From: Nanobdellota archaeon
GTDB taxonomy: Archaea > Nanobdellota > Nanobdellia > Woesearchaeales > SKGA01
Direction: 5' to 3'
Assembly: GCA_051819745.1 (NCBI GenBank)
Contig: JBNJGO010000005.1
Span: 1 to 48,777, forward strand
DNA: 48,777 nucleotides
Shown here one piece after another: positions 9,928 to 18,868 of this stretch. Position numbers and translations under genes: made by a program. Each line of letters begins with the position of its first letter. The stretch's first letter is position 1. The notes under the pieces are model-generated. The model searched no databases. It saw only the letters and a list, made by a program, of their open reading frames with translations, and was not told where the DNA came from.

Positions 9928-11579
9928 AATCCATTCAGCAATTAAGGAATTTGACGATCATCGTATTCATTATAGGACTATCTCTTGTTTCTTTAATTCC
10001 ATTTGTTCAAGCTGACTCTTTAGATTTTATTTCAGGTTTTTCCTATTTTACCACTCTTGAAACAACAGCTCCTAGTGGGCGATGGGCTGGACTTACAATA
10101 ACTAATAGTGGTGATCCTCTTCCAAGTGAATCAACAACTTCATTCATTGATTTTCCAATAACAACTCCAACAATAAGTGAAGAGTCTTTTCCCGGTGCGA
10201 ATTATTTGGATGGGGATCATTATTTTGCAGCAATGCTTGATGATACGTTCAACCTTTCAAATGTTAAGAATATTTCTCTTTCAGATTTAGATTCCGAACA
10301 ATTATTTTCTAGCTCTGACTTTCCTGATTTATATCCTAATTATTATGATAATAATGATAATCCTCAAATTACTTTTCAAGATAATATGACTTCCATCTTG
10401 CTTGGAGGGGAAAATTTTACTGCATTCAAGATATCCTTAGCTCAAAACGTTGATTATTATCTTTTATCCTATGATGTTGGGGGTAATACACGCCCTTTAT
10501 TTATAGTGCCTTTTGATTATCAAACGTGTTATAAAGGAACTTCTTGTGTTGGTGAATTTTTACTACCTACCTCTCCAAATTCGTATAATTTCTTCTTATT
10601 GAATAAATATACAACCTATGATTATCGTGTTTGGATCGATGGTATTGAAACAAATTCCTTTCCTCAAACCGCTCTTCCATATAATGTAACTGTTCAAGTA
10701 TCAAACCTATATTCTGGAGAACTTGTTCCTTTTGTTGATGTTGTTATTGGAGAACACGATGGACAAAATATTTTTGTTCCGAAACGATTATCTGGATATA
10801 TTACTGATTCTTACACTGCTGGAACGACTGACAGTCAAGGTTTTGAAACGTTTCTCGCTGCACCGACAGTGTATCCTTCGATAGCTAATTATAGTATTTT
10901 TGTAGCGGTCTTAAAACAAAATAATTTAATCAGTAAAGAATTACTTTCGGTGGCTTCAAAAGATACTCTGGTACGGCAATCAAAACCGCTCACTCCCTCA
11001 TCGTTGTATGATAACGCCAAAGCATCTGTTAATGCCATGAATCAGATCGCTAATTCATTATTCAAATGGTCAAGCCAGTATCTTTCAGCAAAAAAGTTTA
11101 AAATAGAATATGATGTTGATACCAATTCATTCACAACCTATGATCTTCAAATAAGTGATTTCATGTCTAATCCTATAGAACTTAAAACAGGAGCTCCCAA
11201 TGTCATATCGACTATTGTGCGTCAAGGGGGTCTTATTCAATCTGATTATGAAATCAGAATCCGGGAAAAAGAAGGGTATCTTATCATGAATCCGTATACT
11301 GGTTCGTCCCCACTAAATGAAAAACAAAGATATCATCGTCAAACTGTTCCTGCTAGTCAAGAATTTGTCTTAACACCTACAAGTTTAGGTAGTGTTGATT
11401 CAAATGTTACTTTACAGATAATAAGTCCGACCGGACAATTGGTCGATGAGATTGATTTGACCATCAATCCGAATTTAGTGTATACTGGCGGTATCTATTA
11501 TGACGATGATTTACTTAAAACAATCGTCAATGCTATGAATCAAATACTCAATTCACTGTATTATTCGTTAAATTTTTAA
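9924..11579 (+). CDS. Secreted protein (551 aa): N-terminal RWAG-type domain shared with the 21-22 kb paralogs, plus a C-terminal region shared with 11622..13418
   Basis: Signal peptide (VQA-D). GRWAGL...DNPQITF...PLF...YKG...EFLLP...YNFFL aligns by eye to the small paralogs. VWIDG-x-x-T-x-x-FP-x-x-x-x-PYNVT is also present in the next gene. Confidence 0.8.
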   Translation: MKSIQQLRNLTIIVFIIGLSLVSLIPFVQADSLDFISGFSYFTTLETTAPSGRWAGLTITNSGDPLPSESTTSFIDFPITTPTISEESFPGANYLDGDHYFAAMLDDTFNLSNVKNISLSDLDSEQLFSSSDFPDLYPNYYDNNDNPQITFQDNMTSILLGGENFTAFKISLAQNVDYYLLSYDVGGNTRPLFIVPFDYQTCYKGTSCVGEFLLPTSPNSYNFFLLNKYTTYDYRVWIDGIETNSFPQTALPYNVTVQVSNLYSGELVPFVDVVIGEHDGQNIFVPKRLSGYITDSYTAGTTDSQGFETFLAAPTVYPSIANYSIFVAVLKQNNLISKELLSVASKDTLVRQSKPLTPSSLYDNAKASVNAMNQIANSLFKWSSQYLSAKKFKIEYDVDTNSFTTYDLQISDFMSNPIELKTGAPNVISTIVRQGGLIQSDYEIRIREKEGYLIMNPYTGSSPLNEKQRYHRQTVPASQEFVLTPTSLGSVDSNVTLQIISPTGQLVDEIDLTINPNLVYTGGIYYDDDLLKTIVNAMNQILNSLYYSLNF

Positions 11580-11621
11580 ACGTTTGAACGTTGTTAATGT
11601 ATGTAAAAAAAGGGTGCTTGT

Positions 11622-13418
11622 ATGAAAAAAAAAATTTGTGTAAGGAATGTTTTGTTATTTGTTCTTATTTCATTGTTCTTATTTCCTGTTGCATTAAGTG
11701 CTTCTGGTAGTTTTATTTCTCAAAATCCTTCAAATCCGTCCGAATACCAACAAGCAATTCCTTTGTATTTTACAGGTACTAGTTCTGATCCTGGAAATTT
11801 ATATCTTGATGCTTATGCTAATAATCCTGATGTTGGAATAGAGTTGTGCGATCTTGGAACAAAATATGTTGGTGCGTTTTATGCAATGAATGTTGCTGGT
11901 TCTTGGAGAAATGCTCTTGTCACCTACTCTTCAAGTAATACTGCTTTTGGTCAAACGACTGAAGATACTGGAGGAGGATGTTATGCCACGGTTCCTGGTT
12001 TTATTACCGTATCTCCTTCTGATCTGACTACTCCTAATCCTGATGTTAAAAAAGCGGCTCTTCCAGGAAATCTTTGGATTGGCCATGCTACAAATTCAAA
12101 TCCTGGTAGTGTAACTGATTTTGTGTATTCTGAAGGTGACGCTAAATTTAGAGGTGGTTATACTGTTCCTCGTACATTTTCTTCAGCAACGAGACAAATA
12201 ACACTTTCAACGCCTGAAATTCAATTTCAAACGTCATCAACAACCTTTTCTAAATCAGCTGATGATGATTCTTTTGGTGTTTCTTCTGAGCGTCCTTTAG
12301 TTTTGGGTGTCTGTGATGATGCTACAGGTGTTAGTTGTTCAGCAGGGCAAGTATTAACTTCGCCTACTTTTCCTTTAAGTTTTGATTCGGGACTCTCTTC
12401 CGGTCAAATCAATGATCAACAGACTCATACAAAATATGCTGTTTTAAACAGTCTGGGTCAACAAATGTGTATAGGTGCGAATCTTAATCCTATATTATCT
12501 TCAGTATCTCCTGATCCTATTTATTACAGTCAAACATTAAACATGCAATTTTCAGTAAGAAATCCTCGTGACTCACCTTTTGAATTAAGAGGTGGTAATG
12601 TTGATGTGACTACTCCTTTTAATGTTCGGGTTCAAATTTATGAAACCTCAAACCCTGCAAATGTTGTTTATTCTAATTCTCAAACAGTTAGTTCTTCAGT
12701 CTCTGTTGATGAAACAATTCCTTTTTCGTTGAATTGGCCTGCTTTGGAGCATAGTGGAACATATACTGTCGAGGTTGAATTGGACACTGATGATGATATT
12801 GTAGAATGTGATGAAACAGATAATATTGCTACAACTACATTCGAATTACTTCCAATCACCATGCCTGAAATTTTCATTGATGGTGTTAATACTGATGAAT
12901 TTCCAAGAGCTAATGAACCCTATAATGTGACTTTTCATCTTGAAAATTCAGATGGGGATATTCTCAATGATGCTAATGTGATTCTTACAGAAAAAAATGG
13001 TCTTAATTTAGCAGTACCTACACAAACATATGATTCTATTATTGATTCATCTTTGAACACTGAACAAAGGGGTATTATTTCTGTATCTCAAGCAAGATTT
13101 AAAACAGATTACTATGGTAATACTAGTTTTACATTCATACCTACTTTTGACAAGTTATATGATGGTGGTTTTGGTGTTGATCTCGAAGATCACGTTGGTA
13201 ATTATTCGCTATCATTCACTGGAAATCAATCTGATGGTGAAAATTTCAAATTCATAAGAAGTGGTAATTTGACTTCCGATTATTTGCTTACTATTAATCA
13301 AACAAATTATACTGGATCTTACACTACTAAAAATCTTCCTCATCAAACGATGGTTATGCAGGTTTTAGATTACGCGTATCATGTTTATACTAATTTCATT
13401 AATACTATTACTAATTAA
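11622..13418 (+). CDS. Secreted CARDB-domain protein (598 aa)
   Basis: GGGTG SD 5 nt before ATG. Signal peptide. GTYTVEVELDTDDDIVECDETDN is a CARDB signature. Amphipathic C-terminal helix. Confidence 0.8.
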   Translation: MKKKICVRNVLLFVLISLFLFPVALSASGSFISQNPSNPSEYQQAIPLYFTGTSSDPGNLYLDAYANNPDVGIELCDLGTKYVGAFYAMNVAGSWRNALVTYSSSNTAFGQTTEDTGGGCYATVPGFITVSPSDLTTPNPDVKKAALPGNLWIGHATNSNPGSVTDFVYSEGDAKFRGGYTVPRTFSSATRQITLSTPEIQFQTSSTTFSKSADDDSFGVSSERPLVLGVCDDATGVSCSAGQVLTSPTFPLSFDSGLSSGQINDQQTHTKYAVLNSLGQQMCIGANLNPILSSVSPDPIYYSQTLNMQFSVRNPRDSPFELRGGNVDVTTPFNVRVQIYETSNPANVVYSNSQTVSSSVSVDETIPFSLNWPALEHSGTYTVEVELDTDDDIVECDETDNIATTTFELLPITMPEIFIDGVNTDEFPRANEPYNVTFHLENSDGDILNDANVILTEKNGLNLAVPTQTYDSIIDSSLNTEQRGIISVSQARFKTDYYGNTSFTFIPTFDKLYDGGFGVDLEDHVGNYSLSFTGNQSDGENFKFIRSGNLTSDYLLTINQTNYTGSYTTKNLPHQTMVMQVLDYAYHVYTNFINTITN

Positions 13419-13447
13419 ATATCAAGAATAATACATGGGGTGTCAGT

Positions 13448-16027
13448 ATCATAATATTTTCAAGACGAAAAAAGATGGTTGGTTTATTTGTACTTATAGT
13501 CTTGTTTTTTATCTCTTCTTCTTTTGTGAGTTCTTTAATTCCCGAGCCTGAATTTACATACACTAATGGTTCTCTAGTTCACACTCTTGATTATGATCGC
13601 ATGTATCAGAATATTTCTGGTTCTCCTTATGGTAGCGATTCATATATGGATCATACAATAACAAATCCTGATATGCAGTTATCTCTTTGTCATGAAAACC
13701 TTAGTGTTGGTGATGGTATTGACATTGCTTATACTTCTAGAAATAGAACACATATTTCAAGTTTGCTTAATTTTAAACCTCTTGTTACTGAAGTAACTCC
13801 TCATAGTAATGGTGGTGATTTGTTTAATTGTACGACTGTACCTGTTGATTTATCTTCTGCAAGAGCTTCTTACCCTGGTAAAATAATACCTGTTCTTATA
13901 AAAAATCACACTGCAAATAATCCTAATTCATATATTTATGATCAAAATTCAACTGAAATATATGGTTATGCTGATTTGCTTCTTAACGGTTCCTATAAGG
14001 TAAGTGTTCGTGTTGACGGACCTCCAAAGACATATTATATTTTCACAGAGTCAGTTTATGATCAGAATAATAGTATTATAGATAGTTCTTCAAGACAGTT
14101 AGTCACTAGTATTATTAATAGTTCTAATGTTTCTGGTAAAGAACAGATTCTTGCTCCTAATGAAATGTTAGAATATCAAGAGTCGTTTAAAGGCGGTGAA
14201 GAAGTTATAGTAAATGGTCTTTCTTCTCTTGAAATAAAAATGTATGATCCTTGCAGTCCTATCAATGAATCAGGTTATTACATTATGGATGATAGTATTG
14301 GTAACAATTCTGCTCAAAACAGGAATACTACTTGTATTGAAGTAAATAATTTGACAAATGTGGTTGTTAATTTTGGTCAAGAATTTATTAATGGTAATAA
14401 TAATCGAACAAATGGTAGTAAACGAGAAGATATGTGTGCTGTTATCGTAAGAGATTCACATAATATAAGTTTTGAAGGTTTTAAATCATATCAATATTAT
14501 TATGGTATTTGCATCGAGAATAGTTCAGTTGATATTTTTGGAACTCAATCATCTCATAATATTCATGGTGCAAAGATATCAAATAAAAGTACTGCATTAT
14601 TTTCAGACACTGTTTTTTCTAATTCTGATTCTGAAATTATTGTTGAAGATGATTCGACTATTTCTTTAAGAGATGCTTCTTTCGAACTCTCTGATGGAAA
14701 TCCCTTAAACACGACATATCTTGATTCTGATGCTAGTAATGTTCAAATAAAAACTGTTGATCCTCGTCCTACAATACCAAATATTACTATTGGTGATGGT
14801 AGGGAACTTAGAGATATTGGTCAATATATACAATATGATAATCTTAGTAATTCATCGTATGCTAAATTAATATTTCATTTTGATGAGTATGCTCAAAGTA
14901 ATCTTTCTAAAAAAGTTGCTATGGATAATATTTCTATTTACAAATATAATGGATCTAGAAAATCAGAAATACTTGGTTATAATTTTTCAGTCAATGAAAC
15001 TGATGGTTGGATTAATGGCGTATGGGAAAAAATTTATACTTTGGTTTATCCTGAAGAACAACTTATTATCAGTCCAAACATGAGTTCGTTCTCCGTATTT
15101 TCTCCTCTTGGTTTTGAAACTAATAATACTCGTCCAACCCCTGATCCTACTCCTGATCCTACTCCGGATCCTGAACCGGAAGCGGGTAGTGATTCGGGTG
15201 GTGGTGGAACTCCTTCGATGACAATGCCTCAAGACGATTCTGTACTTACATTTCCTGAACCTCCTGAATTAGAGCTCAATCTTCCTCATAATATAACTAT
15301 GATGCAAGGTGGTATTAAGGAAGTTCCTTTCAATTTAACCAATGCTGGTCGTATCAGTGTTAATAATATTAGAGTGCATGCCAATGTTGATGATGGTTGG
15401 AGAAGTTCAAATGTTACGTTTTCAGAAATTTCTTCAAATACTACTGTTAATTCTTCTTTAACATTATCTTCTTATGAAAAAGCGGTTCCTGGAAGATACA
15501 TTGTTCCTGTAAAAGTATATCTTAAGACACAAGATAATGTTTCTACCGACGTAGAAACTGAAATTCTTTTTGTTCATATTAAGCCTCGTCAAGAATTAAA
15601 AAGAATAAGGGTTTTAGAGTACCCTCCAGAAGTTCATATCAAGCCTTATTCCAAAATAAATGTTTCTTTTTTAGCAAGAAATGTTGGTGATTTTGATCTC
15701 GAAAATATTACTGTTACTCAAGATCCTTCTACTTGTCTTGAAGCAATTGAAGGAAGTCAAAGTATTGTATCTGGTGATGATAAAGAATTATCTTATTCGT
15801 TCATTTCAGGCAATAAAAAAACTTGTAATTCTGATCTTAAGTTTTATTCAGATGGCGATCTTGTTGGTTTTATTCCTGTCACAGTTGTTATTTCAGAACA
15901 TGGTCAAGGAGGATTTTATTTATCTACTTCGAAGACCATTTTATTAATATTGTTCCTTGTGTGGACAATTATAGCTATTTCCGTTCTTCTACGATGGTGG
16001 AAACGGAAAGCTTTATCAAAAACATGA
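13448..16027 (+). CDS. Membrane-anchored surface protein (beta-helix region, Pro-rich linker, two Ig/NEW3-like domains, C-terminal TM helix), probably starting at ATC 13448 (ORF-track start ATG 13475)
   Basis: Signal peptide. DPCSPINESGYY...CIEV...YYGICIENS NosD/beta-helix-like segment. (PTPD)n linker. VPFNLTNAG and VSFLARNVG Ig-like folds. C-terminal TM followed by RWWKRK. Confidence 0.8.
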   Translation: MIIFSRRKKMVGLFVLIVLFFISSSFVSSLIPEPEFTYTNGSLVHTLDYDRMYQNISGSPYGSDSYMDHTITNPDMQLSLCHENLSVGDGIDIAYTSRNRTHISSLLNFKPLVTEVTPHSNGGDLFNCTTVPVDLSSARASYPGKIIPVLIKNHTANNPNSYIYDQNSTEIYGYADLLLNGSYKVSVRVDGPPKTYYIFTESVYDQNNSIIDSSSRQLVTSIINSSNVSGKEQILAPNEMLEYQESFKGGEEVIVNGLSSLEIKMYDPCSPINESGYYIMDDSIGNNSAQNRNTTCIEVNNLTNVVVNFGQEFINGNNNRTNGSKREDMCAVIVRDSHNISFEGFKSYQYYYGICIENSSVDIFGTQSSHNIHGAKISNKSTALFSDTVFSNSDSEIIVEDDSTISLRDASFELSDGNPLNTTYLDSDASNVQIKTVDPRPTIPNITIGDGRELRDIGQYIQYDNLSNSSYAKLIFHFDEYAQSNLSKKVAMDNISIYKYNGSRKSEILGYNFSVNETDGWINGVWEKIYTLVYPEEQLIISPNMSSFSVFSPLGFETNNTRPTPDPTPDPTPDPEPEAGSDSGGGGTPSMTMPQDDSVLTFPEPPELELNLPHNITMMQGGIKEVPFNLTNAGRISVNNIRVHANVDDGWRSSNVTFSEISSNTTVNSSLTLSSYEKAVPGRYIVPVKVYLKTQDNVSTDVETEILFVHIKPRQELKRIRVLEYPPEVHIKPYSKINVSFLARNVGDFDLENITVTQDPSTCLEAIEGSQSIVSGDDKELSYSFISGNKKTCNSDLKFYSDGDLVGFIPVTVVISEHGQGGFYLSTSKTILLILFLVWTIIAISVLLRWWKRKALSKT
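15134..15181 (+). repeat. Coding tandem repeat (Pro-Thr-Pro-Asp)n linker
   Basis: CCAACCCCTGAT CCTACTCCTGAT CCTACTCCGGAT CCTGAACCGGAA, 12-nt period. Confidence 0.8.
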
Positions 16028-16061
16028 TAAATGATAATTGTTTATTTTAGATGGTGTAATT

Positions 16062-16433
16062 ATGGCTCAAAAAAAAGATGATCTTGGTTTTGACAGTTTT
16101 TTTGATGGTGGTAGTGATCATACTTCTTCATCAAAATATTCAGGAGATGTATCTTTATTCAAAAAAATATTTGGAAAACAAAAAAAATCTTCAAAAAAGA
16201 GTAATTCTTCTCAGCCGGTAAGTTCATTTTATGATACTGCTGAATCAAAGCAAGAAGATGAAATTGAACAATCAATGTATGGTGTTAATGAGAAATCATC
16301 AACAAGTAGTTCTTTTCATTCGTTATCAAATCTTTTTGGTTTTTTTTGGTGGGAACTTCTTATTCTTGTTTTTGAATTAGTCTTACTGGTTTTTATTGTA
16401 CTTTATTTTTCAGGAGTTTTTATTCCATTCTAA
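16062..16433 (+). CDS. Small tail-anchored membrane protein, unknown function
   Basis: ORF track 16038..16433. ATG 16062 lies 5 nt after GGTG. Disordered Ser/Lys-rich N-terminus and a hydrophobic C-terminus. Confidence 0.7.
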   Translation: MAQKKDDLGFDSFFDGGSDHTSSSKYSGDVSLFKKIFGKQKKSSKKSNSSQPVSSFYDTAESKQEDEIEQSMYGVNEKSSTSSSFHSLSNLFGFFWWELLILVFELVLLVFIVLYFSGVFIPF

Positions 16434-16496
16434 TAATATATTTTATTTTGGGTTAAAATAATATCTTAACTCATTAAAATATATTTTAGATAGTTC

Positions 16497-16922
16497 TTAT
16501 TTTTGAAGAAAATTAATTATTACTTTGGTTTTTTGCTTGAGTTCTTCTTCTTTTTCTAATGGAACTTCAGCATCTCTATAAGAAATATTAATTATTTGAT
16601 TGAAGAAATTTATTAATAATTCCTTCATATTCTTGTCGATTTGAGGAGTGTTTTTTATTTCATCAAGGATTTGAAAATATGAATTCGCGTTTAATTGAAA
16701 TTTTTTTTTTAATTTGTAAAAAATTGTTCTTGTAACGTCATCTAGTTTATTATTTTCACCGTTAAAGGATCCTGAAAGTCTTTTTTCAATATCAAATTCA
16801 GAAAATTTATTTCCCACTGCGTTTGTTAATTTTATTATCTTCTTGTGTAAGTTCCAAGCAACATAGCCTATAATTCCGCTGACTATAAGAGAAACGATTG
16901 ATATGATTGATGAAATTTCCAT
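16497..16922 (-). CDS. Membrane protein, last gene of the MoxR operon
   Basis: ORF track 16497..16976. ATG at 16922 is preceded by an AGAGGT SD. N-terminal TM helix followed by a helical soluble domain. Confidence 0.7.
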   Translation of the reverse strand: MEISSIISIVSLIVSGIIGYVAWNLHKKIIKLTNAVGNKFSEFDIEKRLSGSFNGENNKLDDVTRTIFYKLKKKFQLNANSYFQILDEIKNTPQIDKNMKELLINFFNQIINISYRDAEVPLEKEEELKQKTKVIINFLQK

Positions 16923-16993
16923 ATTATACCTCTTTTTATATTTTGTAGTGTTTGCTAAATTTAAATACTTTTTCATATTTTTTTTTCTAATAA

Positions 16994-17959
16994 TTATAAT
17001 GCGCCAACTCGACTGTATAAATATAACTCTAATATTGATATGATTGCTATAAGGATGGCAATGTAATAACTGCTATTTACACTCACACTAACATTTTCAA
17101 ATGTAGCCTGTTCTAAACTTGCTTTTAATGAATCCTTGTCTTCTACTCTAAATGCATCTCCTCCTGTTTTTTCAGAGATTTCTTCAAGCAGTGTGAAGTT
17201 AAATTCTAATGAATTATAGAACTTTTTGTATTCTTCGTTAACGATTCTTTCTTGTTCTTGTTTTCCTATACCAAAGCTTATTATTGTTATATTGTCATTT
17301 ATTGCTCGACTTATTGTTTTGTTAGTGACATTTTGAGTTCCATCAGTTAATAATAATATGGTCTTATCTTGTTTTGTTCCTTGGAGCATATCTATTCCTT
17401 GTCTAAGCGCATAATCAAGATCGGTTCCGCTGTTTTCATAATCTATTTCAATCGATTCAATAGTTTTTCTTATCGCTGTAGTGTCTGTAGTCAGTTGGTG
17501 TCTGTAATCAATTCCTTCTGAGAATCCTAGAAGTCCTATTTGGGTGCTATTTGGTAGGATTCCAACCCATCTAGTTGATATTTCCTTTGCTGAAGATAAG
17601 CGATTAGGTTTATAATCACTTTTTGCCATACTTGATGAATCATCGATTAACAAAACATAGTCTGTCGTGCTAACAGGTTTAATATCATTTATCGAGATGG
17701 AATTTGTAGCTAACATAAATAATAAAATGATGACGATTATTTTTATGATAAGAACTATGGAACTAATATGAAATATGTTAAAACCGTGGGTTCTCTTTAA
17801 TGTTGTGATGTTTCCGAAATAAGTTGCTTTTTTCTTACGGAGTTTTCTCATTGAAAGAAATGAAATTACTGTTAATCCTACAAGTATTGTGAGAAGAATT
17901 AGATTTTGAAGAGGGCTATCTATAGTGATTGCTAAAGAAAATATATTTATCGTTAAAAT
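16994..17959 (-). CDS. VWA-domain membrane protein (BatA-like), probable ATT start
   Basis: MIDAS DDSSSM...GT...LLTDG. TM helices flank the VWA domain. The frame is open upstream of ATG 17851 and encodes an extra TM helix (PLQNLILLTILVGLTVISFLS). GAGGTG SD lies 5 nt before the in-frame ATT at 17959. Confidence 0.85.
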   Translation of the reverse strand: MLTINIFSLAITIDSPLQNLILLTILVGLTVISFLSMRKLRKKKATYFGNITTLKRTHGFNIFHISSIVLIIKIIVIILLFMLATNSISINDIKPVSTTDYVLLIDDSSSMAKSDYKPNRLSSAKEISTRWVGILPNSTQIGLLGFSEGIDYRHQLTTDTTAIRKTIESIEIDYENSGTDLDYALRQGIDMLQGTKQDKTILLLTDGTQNVTNKTISRAINDNITIISFGIGKQEQERIVNEEYKKFYNSLEFNFTLLEEISEKTGGDAFRVEDKDSLKASLEQATFENVSVSVNSSYYIAILIAIISILELYLYSRVGAL

Positions 17960-18855
17960 ATTTCCACCTCTTCCCCGCCCATTGATTTAATGAATGCTTT
18001 GCTAAAATCTTCCCCTGTTGTTATCATGAAACAATGCTGTCCGTATTCGTGAAATACATCTTTGATATGTTCCATTTCTACTTTTGCTCGAACTTCATAT
18101 TCTTCTCGTGCCTTTGTCATATCCGTTAAATATGTTTTTTCACTTACAGGGTCTTTAACATACATTTTTCCGATATGTTTAGGAAGTGTATAATCAACAG
18201 GATCTTTTACCATAATCCCATATACTTTTGCAAATCTATTGGCAATGTCAGGGAGAATTAATTCTGGTTTGGAGTTGATGAAATCTGATATTATAAAAAT
18301 TATTGAATTTTCATCGTAATTATTGATCAGATTATTTGTCAATCCATCCCAATCTTTATCTCCACCATGTCCTTTTTTATCGCTCATGACATGAAGTAAG
18401 TGAATGAAATCGTTTTCAGGATCGACAAATCCTATTCCTTTTGAGGAAAATACACCTCCACTCACCCTATCGCCTGCTTCAACCGCTGCGTGCGATAATA
18501 TTCCTCCAATTAAGGATCCAAATTCATTTTTTGTGTATTTGTTTGTTCCAAGCAACATTGAATCTGAAACATCAAGAACAATAACAATATTAATATCTCT
18601 TTCTTCACGGTATGTTCTTAAATATAATTTATCTGTTCGAGCAAATATTTTCCAATCGATACGGCGAGCATCATCTCCTTCTTGGTATCGTCTTATTTTT
18701 TCAAACTCAAGTCCTTTACCTGAAATCAAATCATAATATATTATGTTTAATCTGAAAAATTCTGTAAGGTACCCTGCTTCGTGCATCGTCTTTTTTATCA
18801 ATTCTTCAAACTCGAAAGTGTTGGCGACAGGTCCTTGATTGTGTTCTGTTGTCAT
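17953..18855 (-). CDS. DUF58 family protein (MoxR-associated, VWA-like)
   Basis: GLEFEKIRRYQEGDDARRIDWKIFAR...LYLR-x-Y-x-EE...LDVSDSM...ISDF DUF58 motifs, directly downstream of moxR. Confidence 0.92.
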   Translation of the reverse strand: MTTEHNQGPVANTFEFEELIKKTMHEAGYLTEFFRLNIIYYDLISGKGLEFEKIRRYQEGDDARRIDWKIFARTDKLYLRTYREERDINIVIVLDVSDSMLLGTNKYTKNEFGSLIGGILSHAAVEAGDRVSGGVFSSKGIGFVDPENDFIHLLHVMSDKKGHGGDKDWDGLTNNLINNYDENSIIFIISDFINSKPELILPDIANRFAKVYGIMVKDPVDYTLPKHIGKMYVKDPVSEKTYLTDMTKAREEYEVRAKVEMEHIKDVFHEYGQHCFMITTGEDFSKAFIKSMGGEEVEIF

Positions 18856-18868
18856 TGTAGATTCCTAT

